From: Clostridia bacterium
GTDB lineage: Bacteria > Bacillota > Sulfobacillia > RBS10-35 > Bu92
Direction of reading: 5' to 3'
DNA: 46,200 nt
Assembly: GCA_019683875.1 (NCBI GenBank)
Contig: JADGHN010000001.1
Coordinates: forward strand, 1 to 46,200
Position numbers and translations under genes: made by a program. The notes beneath the pieces were generated by a model. It was not told the origin of the DNA. It made no database searches and worked only from the letters and a program-made list of their open reading frames with translations. Shown in pieces: positions 39,368-46,200 of the stretch; positions within the stretch are counted from its first letter, which is position 1, and each line of letters begins with the position of its first letter.

Positions 39368-40299
39368 GCCAGTGGCGCACGGCAGCCATTTTTCCCGGCC
39401 AGGGGGCGCAGTACGTCGGCATGGGGCGCGACGCCTACGAGGCGTTTCCTGAAGCGCGCGAGGTCTTCGATCGGGCCGACCGGGCCCTCGGCTTCTCGAT
39501 CACGCGGCTGTGCTTCGAGGGGCCGGCGGAGGTTCTCCAGCGCACGGAGATCACGCAGCCCGCGATCCTCACGGCGAGCTACGCCCTGTACGCCGCGCTG
39601 GCGGCGCGGGGCTTCCGGCCGGACGTGAGCGCGGGCCTTTCGCTGGGCGAGTACACGGCCGTCGTGGCGGCCGGAGCGCTGGCGTTCGAGGACGCGGTGC
39701 GGCTCGTCCATCTCCGGGGGAAGTACATGCAGGAGGCCGTGCCCGAAGGCGAGGGCGCGATGGCCGCCATTCTGGGGCTTCCCGACGACGTCGTGGAGGC
39801 CGTGTGCGCCGAGGCGGCCGCAGGGGAAACGGTGCGCGCCGCCAATTACAATTGCCCGGGGCAGGTCGTCGTCTCCGGGACGCGCGCGGCCGTCGAGCGG
39901 GCCGTGGCGCTGGCGAAGGCGCGGGGGGCGCGCCGCGCCGTCACGCTCCCGGTGAGCGCGCCGTTCCATTGCGAGCTCATGCGGCCGGCCGCGGAACGAC
40001 TGGTCCCGGAGCTGGAGGCGCTGAGCTGGCGCGAACCGTCCTGGCCGGTGGTGGCGAACGTGGACGCGCGGCCGCACGGGACGGCGGCCGAGATCAAGGA
40101 CGCGCTCCTGCGCCAGGTCGACGCGCCGGTGCGCTGGTCGCAGAGCGTGCGGGAGATGGCCGCGCGCGGCGTGCGGCGCTTCGTGGAGATCGGCCCCGGG
40201 ACGGCCCTCACGGGCTTCGTGCGGCGGATCGCGCCGGACGCTGAGGCCGTGTCCTTCCAGGGCCCGGAAGACCTGGAAACTTGTTTGCCTCAGGTTTAG
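39364..40299 (+). CDS. fabD: malonyl CoA-ACP transacylase FabD
   Basis: FPGQGAQYVGMG, the active-site GLSLGEY, and VSAPFHC. There is a GTGA overlap with fabH. Confidence 0.94.
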   Translation: MSQWRTAAIFPGQGAQYVGMGRDAYEAFPEAREVFDRADRALGFSITRLCFEGPAEVLQRTEITQPAILTASYALYAALAARGFRPDVSAGLSLGEYTAVVAAGALAFEDAVRLVHLRGKYMQEAVPEGEGAMAAILGLPDDVVEAVCAEAAAGETVRAANYNCPGQVVVSGTRAAVERAVALAKARGARRAVTLPVSAPFHCELMRPAAERLVPELEALSWREPSWPVVANVDARPHGTAAEIKDALLRQVDAPVRWSQSVREMAARGVRRFVEIGPGTALTGFVRRIAPDAEAVSFQGPEDLETCLPQV

Positions 40300-40312
40300 G
40301 GGGTCTGCTAAA

Positions 40313-41074
40313 GTGAGTCTGGCTCAGGAGGCGGCGCGCGTCGCCGTCGTCACCGGAGGCTCGCGGGGCATCGGCCGGGCCGTCGCGCTCGCCCTCGCGG
40401 ATGCCGGCATGGACGTGGCCGTCACGTACGTCTCGCGCCCCGAGGCGGCGGCGGACGTGGTCGCGGAGATCGAGCGCAGGGGGCGTCGCGGTCTCGCCCT
40501 GGAAGGGGACGTCGCCCGGGCGGGCACGGCGGACGCATGGGTGGAGGCGGTGCTCGAACGGTTCGGCCGCCTCGACGTGTGGGTGAACAACGCCGGCATC
40601 ACGCGGGACAACGTGTTTCTGCGGTTGAAGCCGGAAGACTGGGCGCAGGTGATCGACACCGACCTGACCGGCGTGTTCTGGGGCGTGAAGGCGGCGAGCC
40701 GGCCGATGCTGAAACAGCGAAGCGGCCGGATCATCAACATCGCGTCCGTCGCGGGCATCGTCGGCAACGCCGGCCAGGCCAACTACAGCGCCGCAAAGGC
40801 CGGCGTCATCGGCCTCACGAAGGCCGTGGCAAAGGAACTGGCCCCGCGCGGCATCACCGTGAACGCCGTCGCGCCCGGATTCATCGAGACCGAGATGACC
40901 GGCGCGCTCGCCGACGCCGTGAAGGAGCGGGCGGCCCAGGCCATCCCGCTCGGGCGCTTCGGGCGCCCGGAGGACGTGGCCGCGGCGGTCGCGTTCCTCG
41001 CGTCGGACGCGGCCGGCTACATCACGGGCCAGGTCCTGGTCGTCGACGGCGGCTTGTGCACGTCGATGTTTTAG
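40313..41074 (+). CDS. fabG: 3-oxoacyl-ACP reductase FabG
   Basis: [14 protein letters not shown] and YSAAKAG form the SDR triad context. It ends in GQVLVVDGG. Confidence 0.93.
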   Translation: MSLAQEAARVAVVTGGSRGIGRAVALALADAGMDVAVTYVSRPEAAADVVAEIERRGRRGLALEGDVARAGTADAWVEAVLERFGRLDVWVNNAGITRDNVFLRLKPEDWAQVIDTDLTGVFWGVKAASRPMLKQRSGRIINIASVAGIVGNAGQANYSAAKAGVIGLTKAVAKELAPRGITVNAVAPGFIETEMTGALADAVKERAAQAIPLGRFGRPEDVAAAVAFLASDAAGYITGQVLVVDGGLCTSMF

Positions 41075-41117
41075 ACGGTTTGGCGGCCTTGAGCCGCGCT
41101 GGGAAGGGGGTGCCCCC

Positions 41118-41354
41118 GTGGCCGACGAGATTTTCAACCGGATCAAGAAGATCATTGTCGAACAGCTGGGCGTCGAAGAAGATCAAGTCACGCCCGAGTC
41201 GTCGTTCATCGACGACCTCGGCGCCGACTCGCTCGACATCGTGGAGCTCGTCATGGCGCTTGAGGAAGAGTTCGACATGGAAATCCCGGACGAGGACGCC
41301 GAAAAGATTACGACGGTCGGCGATGCCGTGAAGTACGTCCAGGCGCACAGCTAG
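41118..41354 (+). CDS. acpP: acyl carrier protein
   Basis: The 78-aa protein carries the [19 protein letters not shown] phosphopantetheine site. GGGAAGGGGG precedes GTG 41118. Confidence 0.95.
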   Translation: MADEIFNRIKKIIVEQLGVEEDQVTPESSFIDDLGADSLDIVELVMALEEEFDMEIPDEDAEKITTVGDAVKYVQAHS

Positions 41355-41384
41355 TCCGGCCTCGTACATGTTCAGATTGCTCTC

Positions 41385-41425
41385 GGGCGAGTCGTCGGGT
41401 GGACTCGGCGCTCGCCCTTCTTTCC
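41385..41425 (+). terminator. possible attenuator/terminator hairpin between acpP and fabF
   Basis: GGGCGAG (41385..41391) pairs with CTCGCCC (41411..41417), followed by TTCTTTCC. An alternative inner hairpin is CGAGTC/GACTCG. Confidence 0.3.
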
Positions 41426-41448
41426 ATTCGGATCAGGGGGAGTCTTGG

Positions 41449-42696
41449 GTGCAGGAGCGGACACGCGTGGTCGTGACGGGCATGGGCGTCGTCACGCCGT
41501 TGGGCGTCGGCGTCGATGCGTTCTGGGAGGGCTTGCTGAGCGGCCGCTCGGGCGTCGGTCGCATCACGCGCTTCGACACCAGCGGGTTCGACGTCAAGAT
41601 CGGCGCCGAAGTGCGCGACTTCGACCCGCTTCAGTTCATGGACCGCAAGGAGGCGCGGCGCACCGACCGCTACGCCCAGTTCTTCGTCGCCGCCGTGCGC
41701 ATGGCCGTGGAGGCGTCGGGGCTCGACTTCTCCAAAGAAGACGGCGAGCGCGTCGGCGTCGCGTTCGGCAGCGGCATCGGCGGCATGGAGACGCTGTATC
41801 AGCAGGTCCAACTGCTCCTGGAGCGCGGGCCGGACCGCGTCAGCCCGTTCCTCGTGCCGATGATGATCGCCAACATCGCGGCCGGGCAGACGGCGATCGA
41901 CTACGGCCTGCGCGGCCCCAATGCCGCGTACGTGACGGCCTGCGCCTCGTCCGCGCACGCCATCGGGGAGGCGCTGCGCATCCTGCAGCGCGGCGACGCC
42001 GACATCATGGTCGTCGGCGGCAGCGAGGCGGCGTTCGTGCCGATCGCCATCGCCGGCTTCTCCAGCATGAAGGCGCTCTCCACGCGCAACGACGAGCCCG
42101 AGCGGGCCTCGCGCCCGTTCGACGCCGAACGCGACGGGTTCGTCATGGGCGAGGGGGCGGGCGCCCTCATCCTGGAGACGGAGGCGCACGCGCGTCGCCG
42201 CGGGGCGCGCATCCTCGCCGAACTGTGCGGGTACGGCTCCACCGCCGACGCGTATCACATCACGCAGCCGGCGCCCGGCGGCGAGGGCGGCGCGCGCGCC
42301 ATGCGGCTCGCGCTGGAGGATGCCGGGCTCGGCCCCGCGGACATCGACTACATCAACGCCCACGCCACCTCGACGCCGGTCGGGGACGCGGCGGAGACGG
42401 CGGCCATCAAGGCGGTGTTCGGCGAGCACGCCCGCCGCCTGGCCGTGAGCTCCACGAAGTCGATGACGGGCCACTTGCTCGGCGCCGCCGGCGCCGTGGA
42501 GGCCGTCGTGTGCGTGAAGGCGCTGCTCGACCAGGTCCTTCCGCCGACGATCAACTACGAGCACCCGGATCCGGAGTGCGACCTCGACTACGTGCCGAAC
42601 CGGGCGCGCCAGGCCGCGGTGCGCGCGGCGCTGACGAACTCCTTCGGGTTCGGCGGCCACAACGTGTCGCTGATCTTCAAGCGCTGGGAGGAGTAA
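41449..42696 (+). CDS. fabF: 3-oxoacyl-ACP synthase II FabF
   Basis: RVVVTGMGVVTPLG, the active-site Cys in TACASSAH, HATSTPVGD and GHLLGAAG. AGGGGGA precedes GTG 41449. Confidence 0.94.
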   Translation: MQERTRVVVTGMGVVTPLGVGVDAFWEGLLSGRSGVGRITRFDTSGFDVKIGAEVRDFDPLQFMDRKEARRTDRYAQFFVAAVRMAVEASGLDFSKEDGERVGVAFGSGIGGMETLYQQVQLLLERGPDRVSPFLVPMMIANIAAGQTAIDYGLRGPNAAYVTACASSAHAIGEALRILQRGDADIMVVGGSEAAFVPIAIAGFSSMKALSTRNDEPERASRPFDAERDGFVMGEGAGALILETEAHARRRGARILAELCGYGSTADAYHITQPAPGGEGGARAMRLALEDAGLGPADIDYINAHATSTPVGDAAETAAIKAVFGEHARRLAVSSTKSMTGHLLGAAGAVEAVVCVKALLDQVLPPTINYEHPDPECDLDYVPNRARQAAVRAALTNSFGFGGHNVSLIFKRWEE

Positions 42697-42731
42697 GAGG
42701 GGGGCGATCCCGGACGAGCGACCAGACCGCG

Positions 42732-43445
42732 CTGACGAAATCCGCGATCGAAGCCATCGTCGGGGAGCCGGTCGGCGACCTGTCGCTCTACCGGCTGGCC
42801 TTCACGCACGCCTCGCGGGCCTTCGAGCGCGGGGATCCGGTGGCCACCGGCTCGTACGAGCGGCTGGAGTTCCTCGGCGACGCCGTGATCGAGCTCGCCG
42901 TGAGCGACTACCTCGTGACGCACTTCCCGCACGCTTCTGAAGGCGAGCTGACGCATTGGCGCGCCGCCTCCGTCCGGGCTCACGCCCTCGCCGAGGCGGC
43001 CGCGCGCCTCGACCTGCCGCGTTTCGCCGTCCTGGGACGCAGCGAGGAGGCGACGGGCGGACGGCGCCGCCGGAAGCTCCTCACCGATCTCTTCGAGTCC
43101 TTCGTGGGCGCGATCTACCTCGATCGGGGATGGGAGAGCGCGCGACGCTTCGTCCAGAGGGAACTCAGGGAGACGATCGTCGCGGCCGCCAGCCGCCCGC
43201 CCGCCAACGCGCGCGGCCAGCTGCAGGAGATCTTGCAGCAGCACGGCTCGGTTCCCATCGAGTACGTGGTGGTCGCGGAGGAGGGACCGGCGCACCGCCG
43301 CCGGTTCACCGTCGAGGTTCGCGTCGCGGGCCGCGTCCTTGGACGCGGCGAGGGCGGCTCCAAGAAAGAAGCCTCGCAGCGCGCGGCGGCGGAGGCGCTG
43401 CGCGCGATCGAATCCTCGCCCCGTCTCCCGATTTCCTTCATTTGA
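42732..43445 (+). CDS. rnc: ribonuclease III (start codon unresolved)
   Basis: The RNase III signature ERLEFLGDAV, FESFVGAIYLD, and a C-terminal dsRBD (PANARGQLQEILQQ...KKEASQRAAAEAL). No ATG/GTG/TTG lies between the fabF stop and the conserved core. The 42732 coordinate is a CTG placeholder. Confidence 0.85.
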   Translation: MTKSAIEAIVGEPVGDLSLYRLAFTHASRAFERGDPVATGSYERLEFLGDAVIELAVSDYLVTHFPHASEGELTHWRAASVRAHALAEAAARLDLPRFAVLGRSEEATGGRRRRKLLTDLFESFVGAIYLDRGWESARRFVQRELRETIVAAASRPPANARGQLQEILQQHGSVPIEYVVVAEEGPAHRRRFTVEVRVAGRVLGRGEGGSKKEASQRAAAEALRAIESSPRLPISFI

Positions 43446-43468
43446 CTTGCCGACTTGTCGGAACGCCG

Positions 43469-43497
43469 GCAGGTAATTTCCGTAAATTGGCGAATGG
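43469..43497 (+). promoter_or_regulatory. sigma-H-like promoter upstream of spoVS
   Basis: GCAGGTAAT (43469..43477), an 11-nt spacer and GGCGAATGG (43489..43497). This is compared with the recalled sigma-H consensus RnAGGAwWW-11/12-RnnGAATww. Confidence 0.4.
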
Positions 43498-43560
43498 CCT
43501 TTCCACATCCACGCGGCCGGATGACAGGCGTCAACGCGGAGGTCGGGAGGTCGAAACATC

Positions 43561-43821
43561 GTGGAAGTCCTGAAAGTGTCGGCCAATTCGAACCCCAAAG
43601 CGGTCGCCGGCGCTTTGGCCGCGGTGCTGCGCGAACGGCGCTCTGCGGAAATCCAGGCTGTCGGCGCGGGCGCGGTGAACCAAGCCGTCAAGGCCATCGC
43701 CATCACGCGCGGCTTCGTCGCCCCGAACGGCATCGACATCGTCGCCATCCCCGCCTTCGCGGAGATCGAGATCGACGGCGAGGGGCGCACGGCGATCAAG
43801 TTCATCGTCGAGGAGCGCTGA
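43561..43821 (+). CDS. spoVS: stage V sporulation protein S
   Basis: An 86-aa protein, [25 protein letters not shown]...[25 protein letters not shown]...AIPAF, that is near-colinear with Bacillus SpoVS as I recall it. Confidence 0.9.
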   Translation: MEVLKVSANSNPKAVAGALAAVLRERRSAEIQAVGAGAVNQAVKAIAITRGFVAPNGIDIVAIPAFAEIEIDGEGRTAIKFIVEER

Positions 43822-43847
43822 AACCGCGCGCTGCGGCCCAACGCGCC

Positions 43848-43886
43848 GAACCTGTGCGGTACAATTCCGCACAGGTTCTGTTTTTT
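43848..43886 (+). terminator. intrinsic terminator of spoVS
   Basis: A 12-bp perfect stem GAACCTGTGCGG/CCGCACAGGTTC, loop TACAATT, followed by TGTTTTTT. Confidence 0.8.
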
Positions 43887-43901
43887 GAGAGGGGTATCCG
43901 C

Positions 43902-46200
43902 CTGCACCTCCGGCGGTTGCAGATCATCGGGTTCAAGTCGTTCGCCGACCGGACCGTCCTGGAGTTCGGGCCCGGCCTGACGGCGGTGGTCGGGCCGAAC
44001 GGCAGCGGCAAGAGCAACATCGCCGACGCCATCCGCTGGGTCACCGGCGAGCACAACGCCCGCCACCTGCGGGGCGCCAAGCTCGACGACATCATCTTCG
44101 CGGGCACGGAGACGCGCCGCCAGGCCGGTTGGGCGGAAGTGGAGCTCATCCTGGACAACGGCGACGGCCTCCTGCCCGTCCCCTCCTCCGAGGTCTCCGT
44201 CACGCGGCGCGTCGACCGGGCGGGCGGCAGCGAGGCGCTGATCAACGGCGCGCCCTGCCGCACGCGGGACATCGTCGACCTGTTCGCCGGCACCGGCGTG
44301 GGTCCGAGGGCCTACGCGTTCGTCGGACAGGGTCAAGTGGAGACGGTGCTGGACGGCCGCCCCGAGGACCGCCGCACGCTCGTGGAGGAGGCGGCCGGCA
44401 TCACGCGGTACCGCGCCCGGTGCCTGGAGGCCGAGCGCCACCTGCAGCGCGTCGAGCCCCTGATCGAGCGCCTGCGGGATCGGGTGCGGGATCTTGAATC
44501 ACGCCTCGGGCCCCTCGCGCGCCAGGCGGAGCGCGCGCGGCGGCGGGAGCTTCTGGACGCCGAGGCCCGGCGCCTGGGATTGGGCCTCCTACGCGCCGAA
44601 TGGGAGGACCTGCTTCGCCGTCTGGAGCGGTTGCAGGAGCGCGCCGCGCGGGAAAACGAGGCGCTGGAGGCGCACAGGCGCGAAGCGGAGGAACTGGAGG
44701 CGGAGCTGGCCGACCGGGAACGCGCCCGGGAGGCGGCGGAGTCGGAGGAAGCGGCGGCCGTGGAGACCGCGGAACGGTTGCGTCGCGACCTGGACGCGGC
44801 CGCGCGCCAGCTGGCCCTCGCGCGGGAGCAGCTTTCGCTCCGCGCCGCGGAGCGGCGGCAGGCGGAGGCGCGTCTGGACGCCCTGCGGCAGAATCTCGCG
44901 CGGGCGAAGTCGCGCCAGGCTGAGGAGGACGCGCGCTGGGCGGAAGCCCGCGCGGCGCTGGAAGCGGTGGAGCAGGAGACCGAGCCGGCCCTCGCGGAAC
45001 GGGCCGCGGCCGACGCGGCGCTGGCTGCCGCCCGCCAGCGCCTGCGGGCGGCCCAGGAGACGCTCGTGGAGGCGGAACGCCGGCTCGCCTCCCTGGAAGC
45101 CGACGCCCGCGGCCGCGCGGAGCGCGATCGGGAGGCGGCGGCGCGCCTTCAGGAGCGGTTCGAAGAGGCGGCGCGGCGCTGCGAGGAGGCGGAGCGGGAA
45201 CTGCAGCGCGCGCAGGAGGAGCGGGACTCCGCCCTGCGCCGCGACGAGGAATGCCGGGCGCGATGGCAGGAGGCCGAGGCGCGCCGGGAGCGCGCGGAAG
45301 CGGCGCACCAGGAGGCGCTGCAGGCGTGGACGGCCGCGCAGCGCCGCGAGGCCGAGGCGCGCTCCCGCGCGGAGGTGTGGGACGACGTGCGCCGCAGCGC
45401 GGCCGGCTACGCGGACGGCCCGCGCGCGGTGCTGCAGGCCTGGCGGCGCGGCCACCCCGACCTCGCGGAAGTGCTGGGCGCGGTCGCCGAGCTCGTCCGC
45501 GTGCCCGCCGAGTTGGAACGCGCCATCGAAGTCGCCCTCGGCGGCAGCGCCCAGGACATCGTCGTGCGGACCGGCGCCGGCGCCGAGCGCGCCATTAACT
45601 GGCTGAAGCGCGAGAAGGCCGGCCGCGCGACGTTCCTCCCGCTCGGCGGCCTGCGCTCGTCGGGGCCGGGGGAGCGCGAGCGGGATCTGGCCCGCCAGCC
45701 TGACGCTCTGGGCTGGGCCGCCGATCTGGTCGACGCGCCTGCCGAGGCGGCGCCGGCCGTGCGCCACCTGCTGGGCCGGGTGCTCGTCGCCCGGACGCTG
45801 GAAGCCGCCCGGCGGCTGGCCGCGGCGTCCGGATACCGCGTGCGCGTCGTCACCCTGGACGGCGAGGTCGTCCACCCGGGAGGAGCCATGACGGGCGGCG
45901 TCGCGCGGCGCGCCGGCCCCGGGCTCGTGGCGCGGGAGCGCGCCGCCGCCGAGGCCGCGGCCGCCCTCCGCGAGGCCGCGCAGGAGGCTGCAGCCGCGGC
46001 GGCCGCCGCCCGCCGGGCCGCCGCCGAGCTGGAGGCCGCGCGCGCGGAGGCGGCGAGGCTGGCGGCCGAGGCGCGGGACGCCGAGCGCGCGCGCGCGTTC
46101 GCCGAGCGGGCGTACGCGGAGGCGGCCGCGGCCCTGGACCGGGCGAGGGGGGCCCTGGAGGACGCCCGCTCGGCGCGGGAGGCGGCGGCCCGGCGCGCCG
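43902..46200 (+). CDS. smc: chromosome partition protein SMC (5' portion; continues beyond the window)
   Basis: The frame is open from about 43854 to the window end and is absent from the ORF track. [46 protein letters not shown] carries Walker A. A long Ala/Arg/Glu coiled coil follows, and the hinge has [16 protein letters not shown]. The start is unresolved (CTG 43902, TTG 43917 or GTG 43854). Confidence 0.9.
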   Translation, partial: MHLRRLQIIGFKSFADRTVLEFGPGLTAVVGPNGSGKSNIADAIRWVTGEHNARHLRGAKLDDIIFAGTETRRQAGWAEVELILDNGDGLLPVPSSEVSVTRRVDRAGGSEALINGAPCRTRDIVDLFAGTGVGPRAYAFVGQGQVETVLDGRPEDRRTLVEEAAGITRYRARCLEAERHLQRVEPLIERLRDRVRDLESRLGPLARQAERARRRELLDAEARRLGLGLLRAEWEDLLRRLERLQERAARENEALEAHRREAEELEAELADRERAREAAESEEAAAVETAERLRRDLDAAARQLALAREQLSLRAAERRQAEARLDALRQNLARAKSRQAEEDARWAEARAALEAVEQETEPALAERAAADAALAAARQRLRAAQETLVEAERRLASLEADARGRAERDREAAARLQERFEEAARRCEEAERELQRAQEERDSALRRDEECRARWQEAEARRERAEAAHQEALQAWTAAQRREAEARSRAEVWDDVRRSAAGYADGPRAVLQAWRRGHPDLAEVLGAVAELVRVPAELERAIEVALGGSAQDIVVRTGAGAERAINWLKREKAGRATFLPLGGLRSSGPGERERDLARQPDALGWAADLVDAPAEAAPAVRHLLGRVLVARTLEAARRLAAASGYRVRVVTLDGEVVHPGGAMTGGVARRAGPGLVARERAAAEAAAALREAAQEAAAAAAAARRAAAELEAARAEAARLAAEARDAERARAFAERAYAEAAAALDRARGALEDARSAREAAARRA

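Noticed and set aside
43446-43470. The hairpin TTGCCG...CGGCAG after rnc, considered as a terminator.
   Set aside because: It has a 6-bp stem with a wobble pair, a 14-nt loop and no T-tract.
44494-45875. ORFs 44494..45606(+), 44589..45875(-) and others inside the smc coiled-coil region.
   Set aside because: They are alternative frames of a GC-rich Ala/Arg/Glu-repeat coding region. The SMC frame explains the whole interval.

Overview
This is a very GC-rich segment (by eye about 70% or more; no computation was possible) that is densely packed with core housekeeping operons. The gene order is that of a Gram-positive, Bacillota-type, sporulation-gene-bearing bacterium. A high-GC lineage such as Symbiobacterium, Thermaerobacter or Limnochorda is only a guess.

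Left to right the window contains:
- tRNA-Ala and a membrane protein.
- A dcw cell-wall cluster: mraZ, rsmH, ftsL, a PASTA-domain PBP, murE, murF, mraY, ftsW, murG, murC, murB, murA.
- ubiE/menG.
- A TrmB-like regulator plus folE, on the minus strand.
- hemA, hemC, hemD, hemB, then an LplA-family gene.
- A split B12 acyl-CoA mutase with a MeaB GTPase and an acyl-CoA dehydrogenase.
- An S11 D-Ala-D-Ala carboxypeptidase (-), a CBS/ACT protein and a NUDIX hydrolase.
- tRNA-Pro (-), a small membrane protein plus selB, a hypothetical (-), an HD-domain protein, secD, secF and a CDF transporter.
- fapR, plsX, fabH, fabD, fabG, acpP, fabF, then rnc, spoVS and the 5' part of smc. The smc ORF runs off the window and is missing from the supplied ORF track.

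I see no CRISPR array, rRNA, transposase, integrase or recognisable defence island, and I cannot honestly point to a new multi-gene system.

The most unusual items are these:
1. A 160-nt adenine-free, about 96% G+C tract with G9/G9/G16 homopolymers splits hemA into two frames.
2. A perfect consensus promoter is followed about 25 nt later by a strong intrinsic terminator in front of secDF. This could be an sRNA or an attenuator.
3. A promoter nested between a stop codon and a hairpin lies in front of tRNA-Ala.
4. The mutase carries isobutyryl-CoA-mutase-type specificity residues.
5. selB is an orphan here, with no other selenocysteine genes nearby.
6. rnc and smc have non-canonical or ambiguous starts.
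7. A self-contained spoVS module sits between rnc and smc.

Many long antisense or out-of-frame ORFs in the track are high-GC artefacts.
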